Shown here in pieces: positions 1 to 13,222 of a DNA stretch of 64,000 nt (position 1 is the first letter of the stretch; every line of letters starts with the position of its first letter). Position numbers and translations under genes: made by a program. The DNA lies in assembly GCA_032718475.1 (NCBI GenBank), contig JAUCBJ010007517.1:8679-72678 (forward strand), in the 5' to 3' direction. The notes below the pieces were generated by a model that was given only the letters and a program-made list of their open reading frames with translations, was not told the origin of the DNA and searched no databases. The DNA is from Nemertoderma westbladi (taxonomy: Eukaryota; Animalia; Xenacoelomorpha).

Positions 1-1563
1 CGGATGCTGTAACATAGGGGCGTCAGCGATAAGATTTTGCGATCCTGTACTGATATCAACCGGTTGAGGTTGTATCGTCGCGAAGAGTTTGTCTCCGAAA
101 TGTGGAATCATCGAGGGATGACGGACGGTTTTAGAGTAGAGATCTGTCATAAGGATTTGAGCTTCGGGTTGGGCTAAAGCGGCTTCTTCTCTCTCGTCCA
201 TTTTCGTGTGTTTCTCCTCGAGTAGATTTTCTTCCGCTTGTTTCTGTAAGCGTTCATCTAGAAACTCTTGTAGAGAATACGTGCGTCCAAGCTCGATGTC
301 CTCCTCGAGGTTTTGGATTTCTCTATCGAACTGTGGCAAGGCTAACTCCTTCACCGATTGGACTTGTTGTCGTAATTTACGTTTCTCTAAACAATCTTGT
401 GTTCCCTTTCCGATGTTCTGTCGAATAGTGTCTAAAGCGTTTCTTATAACGCTCTCCTCGACTTCCGTGGCGGGTTGCATCGGGTTTAATCCTGGACGAT
501 TGTAAGGATCAAAGGGCGATATTAGCTGCCCGCATCCCAATCCGGCTAAGTAGGATGGGCGAATGTCTAACGAACCCACTACCGGAGCACCACCGATTAA
601 TTGTTCGGGTAACACTAAGTCTTTGAACAGGGAATATAGTTCGGGAGGATCAGTGATACTGTTAGGATCAAGAGTTTGAGGTCTCACTAGGGAATGAGGA
701 GGCCTGACCGAGTATTCCGGAACTCTGATCATGGGTTTATTCAGTGATCGTTTAAGACGAGCGATCGTAGGTGATACGTCGAACAGGTTTTGCTCGAAAC
801 TCCCGTAAGTATAACGCGTAAAGCTGTGTTTAGCGCAACGTCTCCGCGGATGTTTATGTCTTTCAGTTTGTTGGTTGGGTCTAGGGCATTCGTCACAATA
901 ATACCAAAGACGTACGTCCTGTAGAGGAAACGCGGGTGATCTTTCTCCAGTTTTGCAATATTCTTCCATTTGTTCAAAACTATCCGGGATAACAGGTAGT
1001 GGACGATCGGCGGTAAGATACATCATAGTGAAATAGAGCCGTTTGAGTTCTACCATAGGGTCATGATGTATACCTTGAGGATATCGAGTCTCTAGGTTCT
1101 GCTGACTGGCGATGTTGAGATAGGTTTCTCTCAAAAATTCTAGGTAGTCGTTGAAGTCGATGCGTTTATCCGGTTCTTCAACGTTTTCTCTTTCCAGTCT
1201 ATTACGAATAGAATTTTCGTGATCTATTCTCGGTTTATCGTTACGACTCCGCTGGGTATGATATTTAAATAGAACCATTTCCCTTTCTGTATCTACATCG
1301 TCCGTATCATGTAAATCGATAGGATGGCCGGTAGTTAAGAAGTCCATATACGTACCATTACGATTCGTATAGCGAGCGGTGAATTTTCGATAGTCCAATT
1401 CACGCGTAAGTTGCTCTTGGGACATCGGCGGTTCGATATAACGACCATCGTCCTCCGTAATGGTTGGATCGGCTTCACCGCGTATCAAGCTATCCACAAA
1501 TGCTTGTAAAGGTAGAGTATATCGCTCCCTGATACCAAGATCATCTTCTATCAACTCCGTCAT
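1..1563 (-). CDS. Family A accessory ORF3, >=521 aa, unknown function (open to window edge)
   Basis: Hand translation from ATG at 1563 (MTELIEDDLG...) gives 521 codons without a stop to position 1. The first ~122 aa match A2 ORF 26778-27176. Contains CDEC-x16-CAKH and an E/K/Q-rich helical region. Confidence 0.85.
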   Translation of the reverse strand, partial: MTELIEDDLGIRERYTLPLQAFVDSLIRGEADPTITEDDGRYIEPPMSQEQLTRELDYRKFTARYTNRNGTYMDFLTTGHPIDLHDTDDVDTEREMVLFKYHTQRSRNDKPRIDHENSIRNRLERENVEEPDKRIDFNDYLEFLRETYLNIASQQNLETRYPQGIHHDPMVELKRLYFTMMYLTADRPLPVIPDSFEQMEEYCKTGERSPAFPLQDVRLWYYCDECPRPNQQTERHKHPRRRCAKHSFTRYTYGSFEQNLFDVSPTIARLKRSLNKPMIRVPEYSVRPPHSLVRPQTLDPNSITDPPELYSLFKDLVLPEQLIGGAPVVGSLDIRPSYLAGLGCGQLISPFDPYNRPGLNPMQPATEVEESVIRNALDTIRQNIGKGTQDCLEKRKLRQQVQSVKELALPQFDREIQNLEEDIELGRTYSLQEFLDERLQKQAEENLLEEKHTKMDEREEAALAQPEAQILMTDLYSKTVRHPSMIPHFGDKLFATIQPQPVDISTGSQNLIADAPMLQHP

Positions 1564-2861
1564 ATCTGCTATCTGAGTTTATTAAGATCAAAATGAGTTT
1601 ATGTTTAGGCGAGCGGGCGTCGCTGCCTATCTCTCTTTGCCCCCGGACAGTGGGATTCTCAGCGCCGATGTACCGTCGTCGCGGTGTTTACGCCAACATG
1701 TAGCAACAGCACGACAACGATAACCGGCACAAGTCACTCCACTGTCCGTCCCAAAGGCTTGGATCCACTTTAGGTTCTTTCTATAGGAGAGTTGGGCTAC
1801 TTTTACAATTGCGACTAGCTACTGTAAACATACTTTAGCAGTAACATTCACCTATAAACGCACAAATTCCACACAACTGTCACCAATTGTACACATACAG
1901 GCCATTTGTCCGTTAGTTAGTGCCTTCCAGAATGTCACGTTATTACTGTGTATCCTTGGATACTAACAGTGTGCTATGTATTCTCTATGCTATGCAATGG
2001 GACAAGCTTTCTATTGTTCTTTTAACTTGCTTCTAATTCTAGCGTGGGTGTTGCTATGGTGACATTATGGAAAACTAGCGGTAGAATTAGGGTAATTCTC
2101 ATGCATACAGATCTGGAATGCTATTTAATAGTAATTCTTTAATTGTCAATATCCTCTTTATGCATGATTTTATTAATTTTATCGGCTATTGACTATATGT
2201 TGGAGATTCTCGCACTCTAATACACTCAATAGGATGAATCTCCGCTCCCATGATCTATTAATTAATGGAATTTTGGGAATGTTATAAATTGCAAAAAATG
2301 ACAATTTATGAAATTCATTTAAAATATGAATTTAAATTTATTCCCATGAATTTTATTATTTGATGTTAAAATTGACACAATTTTTATTCCAGAGCATGTC
2401 TGGGGACTGAGGATCCTTAATTCTATAAAATTGTCCTTTAAGAGTATCGGTAAGTGCTGCGATATCTTAATTGACTAGAAATTTTAAAGGATCTGAATTT
2501 TACAGATTTTAATAAATATTAAATTAATATTTAAGATGGGCACCGATTTATTCCAGAACTTGTCTGGGGACGTTAACCACTGATTCTAGAATTTGTCTTT
2601 CAAGTATATCGGTGGGTGCCGCGATATCTTAATCGACTAGAATTACAGATGGTCAAAAGGTTTAACAGATTTATTTGCGTTTTACGCTACTGTTAGAGGG
2701 ACATCACGCTACTATATGTATTATTTAATATAAGGTAGAAGAGCAATATCGCACGAAGCAATATCAGTGTGAAGAGGCAAGTCGTTTCCAAGGTCTACCC
2801 AGAGCTTGGTTTAGCCGAGACACGAGGATCTGAACTTTGCATTCCTAATACTAATAGCAGG

Positions 2862-5800
2862 TTAGGCAGCTATTTCCTCCATTAATGTCCGCAAAAGTTC
2901 GTCGGTGAGATACGCGCGGCATGGCACTATAAAGTGAAATGCGGTCTTGACACTTCTAATTAATCTCTCCCAACTTCCTCCCCACCAAGGGGCGTCGGCG
3001 GCGTTGAAGGTCCAGCTAGACGCTGTTATCCTTAGCTGATCGTCCACCTGTCTTTGGTTCCAGTCCTTCACGTAAGCCTGGATTTCGTTGTTGGCACCAA
3101 TGAAGTTCGTTCCCTTGTCCGATCTCATGGTATTACTCGTCCCGAAGCGAGCGATCTGTCGGCGTAAACTTAAGACGAAGCTGTTGGTAGATAGATCGTT
3201 CACCATATTGAGATGGATGGCTCTACAAGTCATGCATACGAAGATGACACACCATCTCTTGACTATAGTCCTAGCACGATATACTTCAATAGGGCCAAAT
3301 AAATCTACACCAGTATTAGTAAAAGGTGGTTCATAGAAGCTTACTCGTTCCCTAGGTAATTCTGCCTCTTGCTGTGTTAAAGGCCTACTGAATGCTTTCC
3401 TACAGGGTATGCAGTTCCTAAGAACTTGGTTCAGAGCTCTACGGGGTTTATCAAAATAATAGCGAGTTCGAATTTCGCTAAGAACTCGTTCTCTACCAGC
3501 ATGATAAAGTTTACTGTGAACATCTACAATCATCTTGATTTGTACTTCAAGATTTCTAATGAGTATGGGGAATTTAGTGTCAAAGGATAATGGCGCATTG
3601 GTGAGCCTTCCTCCAACACGTATTAACCCATCTATCATTGTGCTAAAGAAGCGATCCATTAAGCGCATCTGCGGATTTCTCAGCAACAGGAAATACTTAT
3701 CGGAATCCTCATAGCATTGCAGGAGTCTCAGTATCTGCTTATTGGTTTCTTCATGCTCCTGGTAACTAATTTTCTCCTTTAGAAACCGGTCGGATGTCTT
3801 ATATTTGGGTAAATTTTTAATAACATGAACTTGCGCAGATGTCAATGCAGCGGTATCACTAATGGTCTTCGTCCTGGAGTAGTGATGATGAAAACATCTC
3901 CTTAAATACGTGACGGCTTTACAGAGCCGATTCCAGGAACTGTAGTGATGCATTGCTCTCTGCAGCAGGGGTGAGATTCCTTGCGAGACGTCTGGTGTTC
4001 CAGATTTCCAATCTCTATCTCTAATTTCCACAACAGACTTATTTGTGGCGAGGAATTGTGGATCCGAAGCATCGTTTCCGGAAGTATGTAATACAGATAG
4101 ATCGATCGTCGGTTTAAATAACTTCGATTTACTCGCCCGGGTTTTAGGTTTGACTTTCTCTGCTCCCTTGGCTTGTCTAATCTCCGCCGTAGTAAGGTGA
4201 GGAGGCCATTCATCCTCTTCCTTACTCAGGAAGTCGGGTCCACCCAACCAGTCTGGAGTATCTATCAGTTCCTGTGGAGTCGCTCCCCTGGAGGCGATAT
4301 CGGCTGGATTAATCGTACCAGGGCAATGTCTCCATTGATCTATCTTTGTGCGACTAAGAATAATAGCTACCCTGTTAGTAACAAAAACGCTGAACTGACA
4401 GACTTCATTGGTTATATACTCCAACACGAGTAAAGCGTCGGTCCAATAAACAGTTTTCTCCAGTAGATAGTCGATTTGTTCTGTTACGTTCCGGCCGATG
4501 GCTGTAGCGTATAAAGCCGCTTTTAACTCCGCTCGAGGAACCTTTAACTTGTTGTTAATCAATGCCTTAGAGGTAACCAAGGCGACTTTGATTCCATCCG
4601 GAGTTTCGACTCGCAGATATGCTACTATACCGATTCCCATGTCGCTGGCGTCTCCAAACACATGGAGTTGATAGGAATAAGTAGGGAGAACATGACCAAA
4701 ATATGCACGGGAAATTATAAAGCTCTCGATGGCAGGTAGAGAATCTTCCCATTTCATCCATTTCTTTAACAGTTCTCCCTTAAGCGGATCGTCCCATGAG
4801 TGGTTTTCAAGCCACATTTGTTGTACTAAACTCCGAGCAATCAATATAACTGAGCTAATAAATCCCAATGGGTCGAAATAAGTGCTCAGGATACTTAAAC
4901 AAATCCGTTTGGTCCGAACTGGATTATCTCGCTGTTTTAGCTGAAAAAACAGGATATCTCTTTCAGTGTCCCACTTCAAGCCAAGCGTCTTGGTTTCTGG
5001 AAGATCGTCCTTTATTAAGTCTAGATCTTTCGTTCCTCGGTCTTCTACCGGTATCGCTTCCAGAAACTCACGGGAGTTGCTGGTGAATTTCGTCAGTCGA
5101 AATCCACCTCTTTTCAAACACTCTACCGTTCCTTTCGCGACATCAATGGCTTCTTCTACTGATGGAAGGGACCTTAAATTGTCGTCCATGTATATATTAC
5201 GCTTGATGTTGTCTATCACCTCTTTTGAGAAGGCGTCTCGGTTGTCATTCGCAGTGGTTCGCACCACGGAGCAGGCGTTGGAAGGGCTTGATATGATCCC
5301 AAAAGCCTGGATGGTCATCCAGTACTCTACCGGTTTCTGGTTGAGGTCTCCTTCAGGCCACCACAGAAATCTCAGGCTGTCTCTATCTCTATCCAGCGCC
5401 TTGACTTGTAAGAACATTCCTTCTATATCGGAGGCGAACGCGATGGAATATTGTCTTAATCTTAAAAGTATTCCCAACAAAGATTGTAGTAAGTTGGGTC
5501 CTGGTAACAACTCGGAATTGAGGGATTGGCCCATATATAGAGCGGAGCCATCGAATACGACTCGTACTTCATGGGGTTTACCGGGTTTGGGAACGTAATG
5601 ATGTGTTAAGTAATACGTTCTCTCAGTTACTGGTGTTCCGTCCGGTACTCGCTCCGCGTATCCCTTTGTAATAAATTTCTTCAACTGAGTTTGGTACATT
5701 TCTTTAGCTGAAGCATTAACCGTAAGGCATCGATGTAATTGAGTGATTCTTTTTTCTGCCAAGGGTCTGTTATTTATAAATCTAGGTTCTCGTTTTCGAA

Positions 5801-6917
5801 ATGGTAGGCCGATTTCATATCTACCTTGGTCCTTTAAAAAACGTGTAGTTGTTTCCTGGATTTGCTTGGCTCTTTCTTCTTCTATCGATAGGGCCTTATC
5901 GTATGAATTAGGCTCTACCAATTCTTGAGTAAAGAATCGTACGGCGAGTTCGTCCCGAGTCCTAGCGTTGTAGCGCTCTATCTCATCATTTAGTTCGTCA
6001 TTGTAATCAATGGGTCCCGATGGGCGAATCAGTTGACATAGGTTCACCTGGTTTTTCCAAGTTTTGTTTTCTGTAAGTAGGTCGATTGTGTTCTCTTCAT
6101 CGAAGAGTTGGTAGATGTCGTCATTATCTGAGGAGTATGGTGCTCCCTCAGTTAGTTCGTCCACCTCACTGCTCTCCACTTCCCAATCGTTTACTTGGTA
6201 TATTCGTTCTTGTGGCATTCTCTCTTCGAGAGTTTTGCGGGAAGGGCCAGTAAAGTACCAACCTACTCTAGTTCTTACCGCATAGGTTTGCAGCGGCTGC
6301 GGTTGAGCTGGCCGTTTCTCCAATGTCTCGAGCGCCTCATGCGCGTTTTGGCCGATGAGTATTTGCACTCCAGGATAATCTGTCTGGAATCGAGGTATCT
6401 TAAGATGTTGGATGCTCTCATCCTCGTCCCAATTATAAAGGTCTGCTTGGGTAGTAGCGAAGTTCTTTATAGCCACCATTTTTACAGACTTTATACCTTG
6501 TGCTCCTAATTTATCCTGGGAGGTGGACAACACACCTACATAGTAGTCTGCCGTTAGGGTAGATTTCCAAACCTGCATAATTCCTGACATATTCAATTTA
6601 GTCCGGAATTTGGGTTGTCCAGCAAAGATATCTTCGGCTAGTTCTTGATCGATGAATGTTCCTGTGCTGCCGGAGTCAAGGAGGGCGTTCACTATGTAAC
6701 TTTTGTTAGGACCGTGAACTCTTACCTGCACTACAGGAAATTCTCTGATTCCTACGTTGGAAGTTGGAGCTTTCCAAGATGGTTGTCTGGCAAAAGTAGT
6801 TGGGGGAAACTCATTGTCGGTGTCCTTTTCGTAAGTAAGTGCTCGATACACTGCGGTATTTATTAGGTAACAGGATTCGTTGGCGTCGGAGAATTCGTCA
6901 GTATAGAATCCTTCCAT
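2862..6917 (-). pseudogene. A1 Pol: aspartic protease, RT, Pao RNase H, integrase; integrase C-terminus deleted
   Basis: LLDSGS, YMDD, FGDAS...PRAEL...WTD, NPAD, HSKLYH...CIPC, GVDLFGP, SDKGTNF, GSWE motifs; lacks the sequence equivalent to ~28467-29356 of A2. Confidence 0.92.
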
Positions 6918-6940
6918 CTCAGACTCTTGATCAGTGTCAT

Positions 6941-7564
6941 TTACATCACTGAATTGGACATGTAGTTCGGGCTCACTCGGTTGTCTCGTTCGAACTCACT
7001 GTGTAACAAGATGTGATGTTTCGCGCCACACTTTGCACACTTTACGTCGGAGTAACAGGTTCGCCGTTGGTGTCCTGATCTGAGGCAATTATAGCATAAC
7101 CGCTTATCCCACATGACTGCACGTCTGTCTACAAGGGATTTCTTTAGAAATTCCGCACACGCACTCAAACGGTGGGTCTCGTCGCACAGCGCACAGTTTG
7201 GTTTGATGTTACTCACTTTACCTTGGGTAACTTGATGCACTCTCGTTCTTTCTTCGGTCTTTCTTCCGTGCATTCTGTTAGGAGATTGAGGAGGAGTCTT
7301 AGCAACCTGTTCTCTCCTATCTTTGGTTCGAGCCTTGTATTTACTTACGTCCTTTGAGGTTTTGTTAACGTAGTAAAATCGGTCAGTGTCTTTCCCGCTA
7401 TCTTGAGAAGCTTGGCTTTCGCCGTCGTCAGTGTAACACACTGGTGTTACTCTTCTCCTAGAAACGGGTTTCTCACTTACCTTATTTTCCGATGTTTTCT
7501 CTCTGGACTGCTTGATGAGTTGTAGTTTTACTTCACCATCTAAGAAGGACATGAGATCAGCCAT
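6941..7564 (-). pseudogene. A1 Gag C-terminal zinc-knuckle region (frameshifted from pol)
   Basis: CALC...H...C, CYNCLRSGHQRRTC and CAKCGAKHH, the three Cys/His boxes typical of BEL/Pao; in frame with protease in A2. Confidence 0.9.
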
Positions 7565-7576
7565 GGTAGGGCTTCG

Positions 7577-10327
7577 TCATTGCTGCTCATTCATATACAA
7601 CACTTTCTTGTCCCATCGTGTACATACTCCACCCTTTGGTAAAGTAGAGACTATGGCTCCAATAACCATGGAACTCTGATATTCATGAGACTTACCTAAC
7701 CAGTCCAACTGTCTACAGATCTCCTGAATTTCATCGGAAATCTCTATAATCCCGCTACTAAGGAAGTTTCGGGGGGCTACTAATTTTGCATACAAATACT
7801 TAGCTATGTTATCCTTATTACCATACCTGGTGTTTAATGTATCCCAAACTTGTCTTAATCCATCTGGATGTCCAATAAACTTTAACGCCATTAACTTGGG
7901 AGGTCCTTCCAAGCACTTGATGAGGAATCTAAGTTTCTCTCCGTTAGATAGTACAGAGTTCTGTATGCTATCTTTGTAATATTCATTGAAAGGTAACCAT
8001 TTCATCTCATCTCCATTGAATTTGACGATTTCTCCCACTTTGACCGCTTGGCGGGCTTCTGTTCTAGCCATCTGACGCGTGAAGCTTTCTTGGGCCATCG
8101 TGTTATTTAATATCGAATTATCGGTATATGAATTTCTCGGATTATTATCAGGTCTATAGGGAATATCATTAACAACAGGTTTATAATCACCCTTAATAGG
8201 GTTTGCTATAGGAGTTTCTACTTCACTAGCAGTATAGATGCGTGTAGGCTCCACACCTTGCGCATGTAATACTTCAGACCTAACAGGTTGACACAATGTT
8301 ACTGGGGGTATTGGTATACCCTTTTGTATATTGACTAATTTGTCGCGTTCTAGCGCGATACTTTGCTGCACTTCTTGCAATTCTGCCCTACTTTCCCTTA
8401 CTGTTCCCTTAAGTTGGTGGACAGTCTCCTGCATCTGTCCGAGCAGGAGATTCATCCCCCGCCGTCCCTCCTCTACCCACTCGACCGCCGAAGCGGGAGT
8501 CGCCAACATTGTAGCGGGCCGACGCGGGACGACGGGAGACAAATCTTTGATTTCTCTCTCAGCTTCCAGGACAGGGATATTCTCATGGACTGTTCTACCG
8601 GGTACAGGCAGTGTAGTACTGTGTAAAGGGAATTTAGAGTTAAGCTCTGGAAGTACAGGGGTCTCTAGCACAGGAGTGACTTTGGGAACGACAGGCCTAA
8701 TTATTTCAGGCTCATCAACTATAGTAGGGAGTCTTTTGACCTTAATAATTTGGTCTGTAGGTTCTATACTACTTAAGTCTGTGCTAGCTAGTTGTCTTCT
8801 AACAGCTGGGGGCAAATCAGGCAATTTGTGACGGTGAGATGTTTTTCTACGCCTGCTTGGACGAGATCTATTTCCTCCGCCTTCAGGATCGGTAGTTTCG
8901 CTTTCCTCCGATGATGTGTATCCCTGGCGTTTGGGAGTAGATCTTCTCATCATCTGCATTTGACTAGCAGTTAACTGTTTATTTATGTTGTCTTGCGTCT
9001 CTTGCAGATTTTCCAACTCCAGTTGGGTAGTCTCCTCAGACGCTCTCCGTTCTGCTTCTGCCACCGCTGCTTTTCTTTCTGCTTCTGCTTCTGCCGCCGT
9101 TGCTTTTCTTTCTGCTTCTGCTTCTGCCGCCGTTACTGCTGCTGCCTTTCGGTCCTCTATCCGTTTTTTCTTTACTTGTTCTTCTTGGACTCTAGCGAGG
9201 CGGAGTTTTTCATCAAATTTAGCTTGGTTCGCAGCTAACATTTCTGCATCGATTGAGTCCAACACAAGCTTGGCTCCTTCACTATTGGGGCGAAGTCCAG
9301 CCAGTCGTCTCCTCAACTCTTCATCACCCAAGAAGCGTTGATAGTCTGACAGATAGATGTCTATGGCGTCTCTCGAGGGCGGCTTCTCTGCTGCTGTCTC
9401 TTCGCTTTCCACTTGAGAAAGGGTGGCATCGGTTGGTTCTTCATAGGTTGGTCTCTCAGCCAGCTGGGATTTCCACTGGGCCGTTTCTTGAACTTTGATA
9501 CCTACCCGCTGGAACCAAGTCTTGACATCAACCTGCAGTGACGTGTCCTGTCTTCTTTTGGAAGTTTCCTCAAAGGCTGATAGGATTAGTCTAATGCGTA
9601 GGGTTCTTTCGCGTACTTGATAAAGCAGCTCTTCCTGCTCTTGAGGTCCTTGGGGTTGTCGAAACAGTTGTTCTTCCAATCGCTCTAAGGAGCCGAAGAA
9701 TCCCTGCACATATCCTGCTGCCGACCTCTTCCAAACAGCTGGATCCATCGTATCTTTAGCCACTCCCATCCTGTGTATATCTTCCCAAGTAGCTTCGGAC
9801 AAATCTAACGGGAGTCCGGGTCCGGGAAAGTTCCATTGTGACTCGACAATAGACATCAATTCTTCCCTGGCGTATCCCGCATAACTATCTTGGGTCGCTC
9901 GCTTACTTCTCGCCCAATCGACTTGGTGTTCCTCCACCGCAATGAATATAGTAGTTAGTACTGCGGCAGGTAGGGTGAGAAGGGGATCCGAATAGGCTGT
10001 AGCCGTCATCTTCACTCCGCGTTCGGGGGTCAGCTCTACAGTATCCGAACTACTGGAGCTATCGGGTCGCTGGGAACGAGTTTCTTGAATAGGATGTTGC
10101 TGCTGTTGGACAGCTGCTTCCTGGTTCCGTTTGACCTGGGCCCGAGTGCCGATGATAGACCTACGGTGTTGGATTAGCCTAGGGTATGATACTACTACTG
10201 GAGGGATGACCTTTCTTTCAGTAGGAGGTGAGCTGAACCCCTTTCTTAATCGCTCCACACTCCTATCTGTGTCACAGATGGTTGTATCGATTAGACTGTC
10301 TGACAGGGTTTGCTGGGTGTCAGACAT
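7577..10327 (-). pseudogene. A1 Gag (coiled coil plus DUF1759-like capsid region), premature TGA
   Basis: KFNGDEMKWLPF...EKLRFLIKCLEG...LNTRYG capsid-like motif; the stop at 7577 is CGA in A2. Confidence 0.88.
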
Positions 10328-11469
10328 GTTTAGCTATACAGTTGAACGCTTACTGCTATAGTTACAGTTAAAGCAAGTCTAGTAATTCAGTATGACCGTT
10401 ATTTCATAATATATATATTCATAATATGAATATATATATATATATATATATTCATAATAAGCCTATGGTAAATACTGGTATGTCAATTATTTTAGAATAA
10501 TTGAATTTCTGAAATTTTAGGGTTACTTGGTTACTTTAACTTACTTTATTACCGTTATTTGAGCAGTAGTCCAACTGATATTGAGACCTAGTTGTTGTAT
10601 GGCAGGCCTACTATTTATAAATCGTTTGAGTTGATTTATAATATATATATACCCGTTTAAAATGGGTTTTGTCAATATTTGAAATAAATGTTATTATTTC
10701 TGGGGGGGGTCACTACACAGAAGCTGTGCGCTCTCAGTGAAGTGCTACTTATTGGACACTAAAACAGATAATTCTAATTTACCTAAGTTACTTAATACTA
10801 CAAATTACTTACAATACGGGTGAGATTAAATCTCTAATTAAACACAACAAAAATATTACGTACGAAATTTTAGGGTAATTTTACAGGAAGTCTACAAACC
10901 AGCCTAACAAAGGGTTAGAATTCTGGTTATTACAACGGACAGGGTACTACGGTATTTGAAAATAATAAGTAGTAGTAAATATATTGCACTGTCCAGATAG
11001 GAAAATACCACCGCCTGACGACCTATAGCCATATCGCTATAGGTACTACGTTATGTATCACGGAGTGTTCCCACCTGGAAGTTAATTACCGCGGACTACC
11101 AGATCCAACGTGCCTATTAACCACTTTACAACACAATACACTGCTTACACACTAATTACTTTCGGAAAGCACTGTACACTAAACCCTAAATTAGGTACGA
11201 GTACTTGTACAACAGATAATCAGTAGTTAAAAATACTTGAACAGCTAAAAGAACCACGGCATCTGCTGGAGTGACCGGTGCACAAGATCACCAGTCTTTA
11301 CCTACGCCAAGCAGCCCGTGTAGTACCGGGGTTAATTTAACTATAACGGTATATATAACAAGCACAATTACTGTAGGAATAAACTTAGGGATATGAATGT
11401 TGCGAATAATCGCATAAACTCTGAATAATAAATATTACGCTACCCGTACAGAATACTCAAACAAAATAC

Positions 11470-11960
11470 AAACCAAACGCTGGCAGACCACCACCAAGCC
11501 TAAATAAACTACAGTATGTGCAGATTCCAAAATGGTTAGTTAGTATGCGTTCTAACATGGTAGTACGACTTATTCTTTAAGAGGGGATTGACCTTACAGC
11601 TCTGGCTGCCCCAACTTACTAACTGGCACTTTATTAGACAAACTCTACACACGCAGCAATCTCTTCAGACCTAATAATAGCTAGACAACAATCCAGCCTA
11701 CAAAATATCTGAGTAATAACTATTACGGTACCTGAACAGACCACACAAACAAACACAGGCCAAAACGCTGGCAGAATACTGTCAAGCCTAAATAAACTAC
11801 AGTATATGCAGATTCCAAAATGGTTAGTTAGTATGCGTTCTAACACGGTAGTACGACTTATTCTTTAGGAGGGGATTGACCTTACAGCTCTGGCTGCCCC
11901 AACTTACTAACTGGCACTTTATCAGACAAACTCTACACACGCTGTAATCTCTCCAAACCC
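11470..11960. repeat. ~288-bp tandem duplication in family A 5' leader
   Basis: CAGATTCCAAAATGGTTAG at 11521 and 11809; also present in A2, where element C split the first unit. Confidence 0.85.
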
Positions 11961-12325
11961 AACAACAGTCCGACAACAGTCCGGCCTACCAATTGTCTGT
12001 ATAGACTGAGCAAGCTTACACGCCTTCTGCTCAATACTGGCCTACAAATAAATAAAACTGACAGAAATAAGTAAGCTCCAAAAGAAACAAGGGGTGTACA
12101 GTCCCTAATCTCTTAAACAGCCTACCGGTATGCAATAATCAAAATCGAATAATACTAATGTACTTATACTGGAAGTAACGGTTATGGCAGTTGGGCCTAC
12201 GGACCTACAGCAGTACCGGTTCTGGCAGTTAGGCCTACGGACCTACAGCAGTACCGGTTCAGGTTTACCAGTCGACCGGTACTTTCAACTTTATTGCTTA
12301 CTGCAATAAAGACAATAACTGTTAT

Positions 12326-13106
12326 TGTACGCGCTTTTGAAGACCTTTAGCAGTTTAACCTGCTAAAATTTATATGTCTTTTGGTTTATAAATAGACTTT
12401 TAGTAAATGACAAGTATTTAATACCAATAAACACAACATTAGCCAAAGCCAGCCTAGTGCGCGTCCATTCACCCGCTGGATATACCCGGGAGACTGGATT
12501 CGGATGGGGCTTAGATTTTATTATTGCAGTGAAGCCTACTGTATTATTCGATTGATCGTTAATAAATAATTTCTGACCAATATTATTCACTTTCGGGAAA
12601 TATTAACAGTTCCTTTAGGACGTGGCGCTCTATCTAGGTAAACAGAGATATGACTTCTACTAAACACAACGGTAAGGCTTATGTTTCACGTATAAGGCGC
12701 ATTCTTTAGGAAATGCTTTGTTATCAGCAACAATCATGCACACTACCGGTACCGCACAATACTGCACACTTATCTGCCGACCGTCAATGAATTTGATCAC
12801 ACATAAAGAGAACAGCAATTGACTCATGTAGTGCCTATCAAATAGCATTAGGTTCACTACAAACCACGATAACATAAGTCGCAATCGCTATATGTAACCC
12901 GTCTCTCTAACCTGTAGTGTATCAAGAAAATTGGGAAATTTGGGTTCTTTATAGATGTTCTCCAAATAATAATATTCAACCATCTGATACAAATAATGAC
13001 AACAGTAAATAGCAGTATAATAATGTATGTTGCAGTGATATAAGACTGCTGCTGATTGCACTGGTTGTACTGGACCGATAACAGTTATACGTTCTATAAT
13101 CTAAGC
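12326..13106 (-). repeat. A1 5' LTR (R/U5 part; U3 divergent or lost)
   Basis: Matches A2 LTRs from TGTACGCG up to ...ATAATCTAAGC, with a divergent stretch at ~13030-13075. Confidence 0.88.
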
Positions 13107-13222
13107 CTACTAATGTTTCTTCTAAAGTCTGAAACGAATTGACTCTAGAGCCGGTGTTCTTGGCCTAGATAAAAAACAACACAACTCAGTACAATCAGTG
13201 CTACATTAATGCACGGTGCAAG

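Larger units (their letters stand above)
1..13106 (-). mobile_element. BEL/Pao LTR retrotransposon family A, copy A1 (3' end beyond window; decayed)
   Basis: Gag-PR-RT-RH-IN order with Pao-type motifs; near-identical to A2; 5' LTR inner end TGTACGCG at 12326. Similarity to the A2 LTR weakens after ~13030 and stops at ~13106. Confidence 0.93.

Noticed and set aside
1-1563. ORF3 as an env glycoprotein
   Set aside because: No signal peptide or hydrophobic transmembrane stretch in the 521 visible residues; the unseen C-terminus prevents full exclusion.
7565-7580. Programmed stop read-through between gag and pol in A1
   Set aside because: A2 has CGA at this codon, so it is a CpG-type nonsense mutation.
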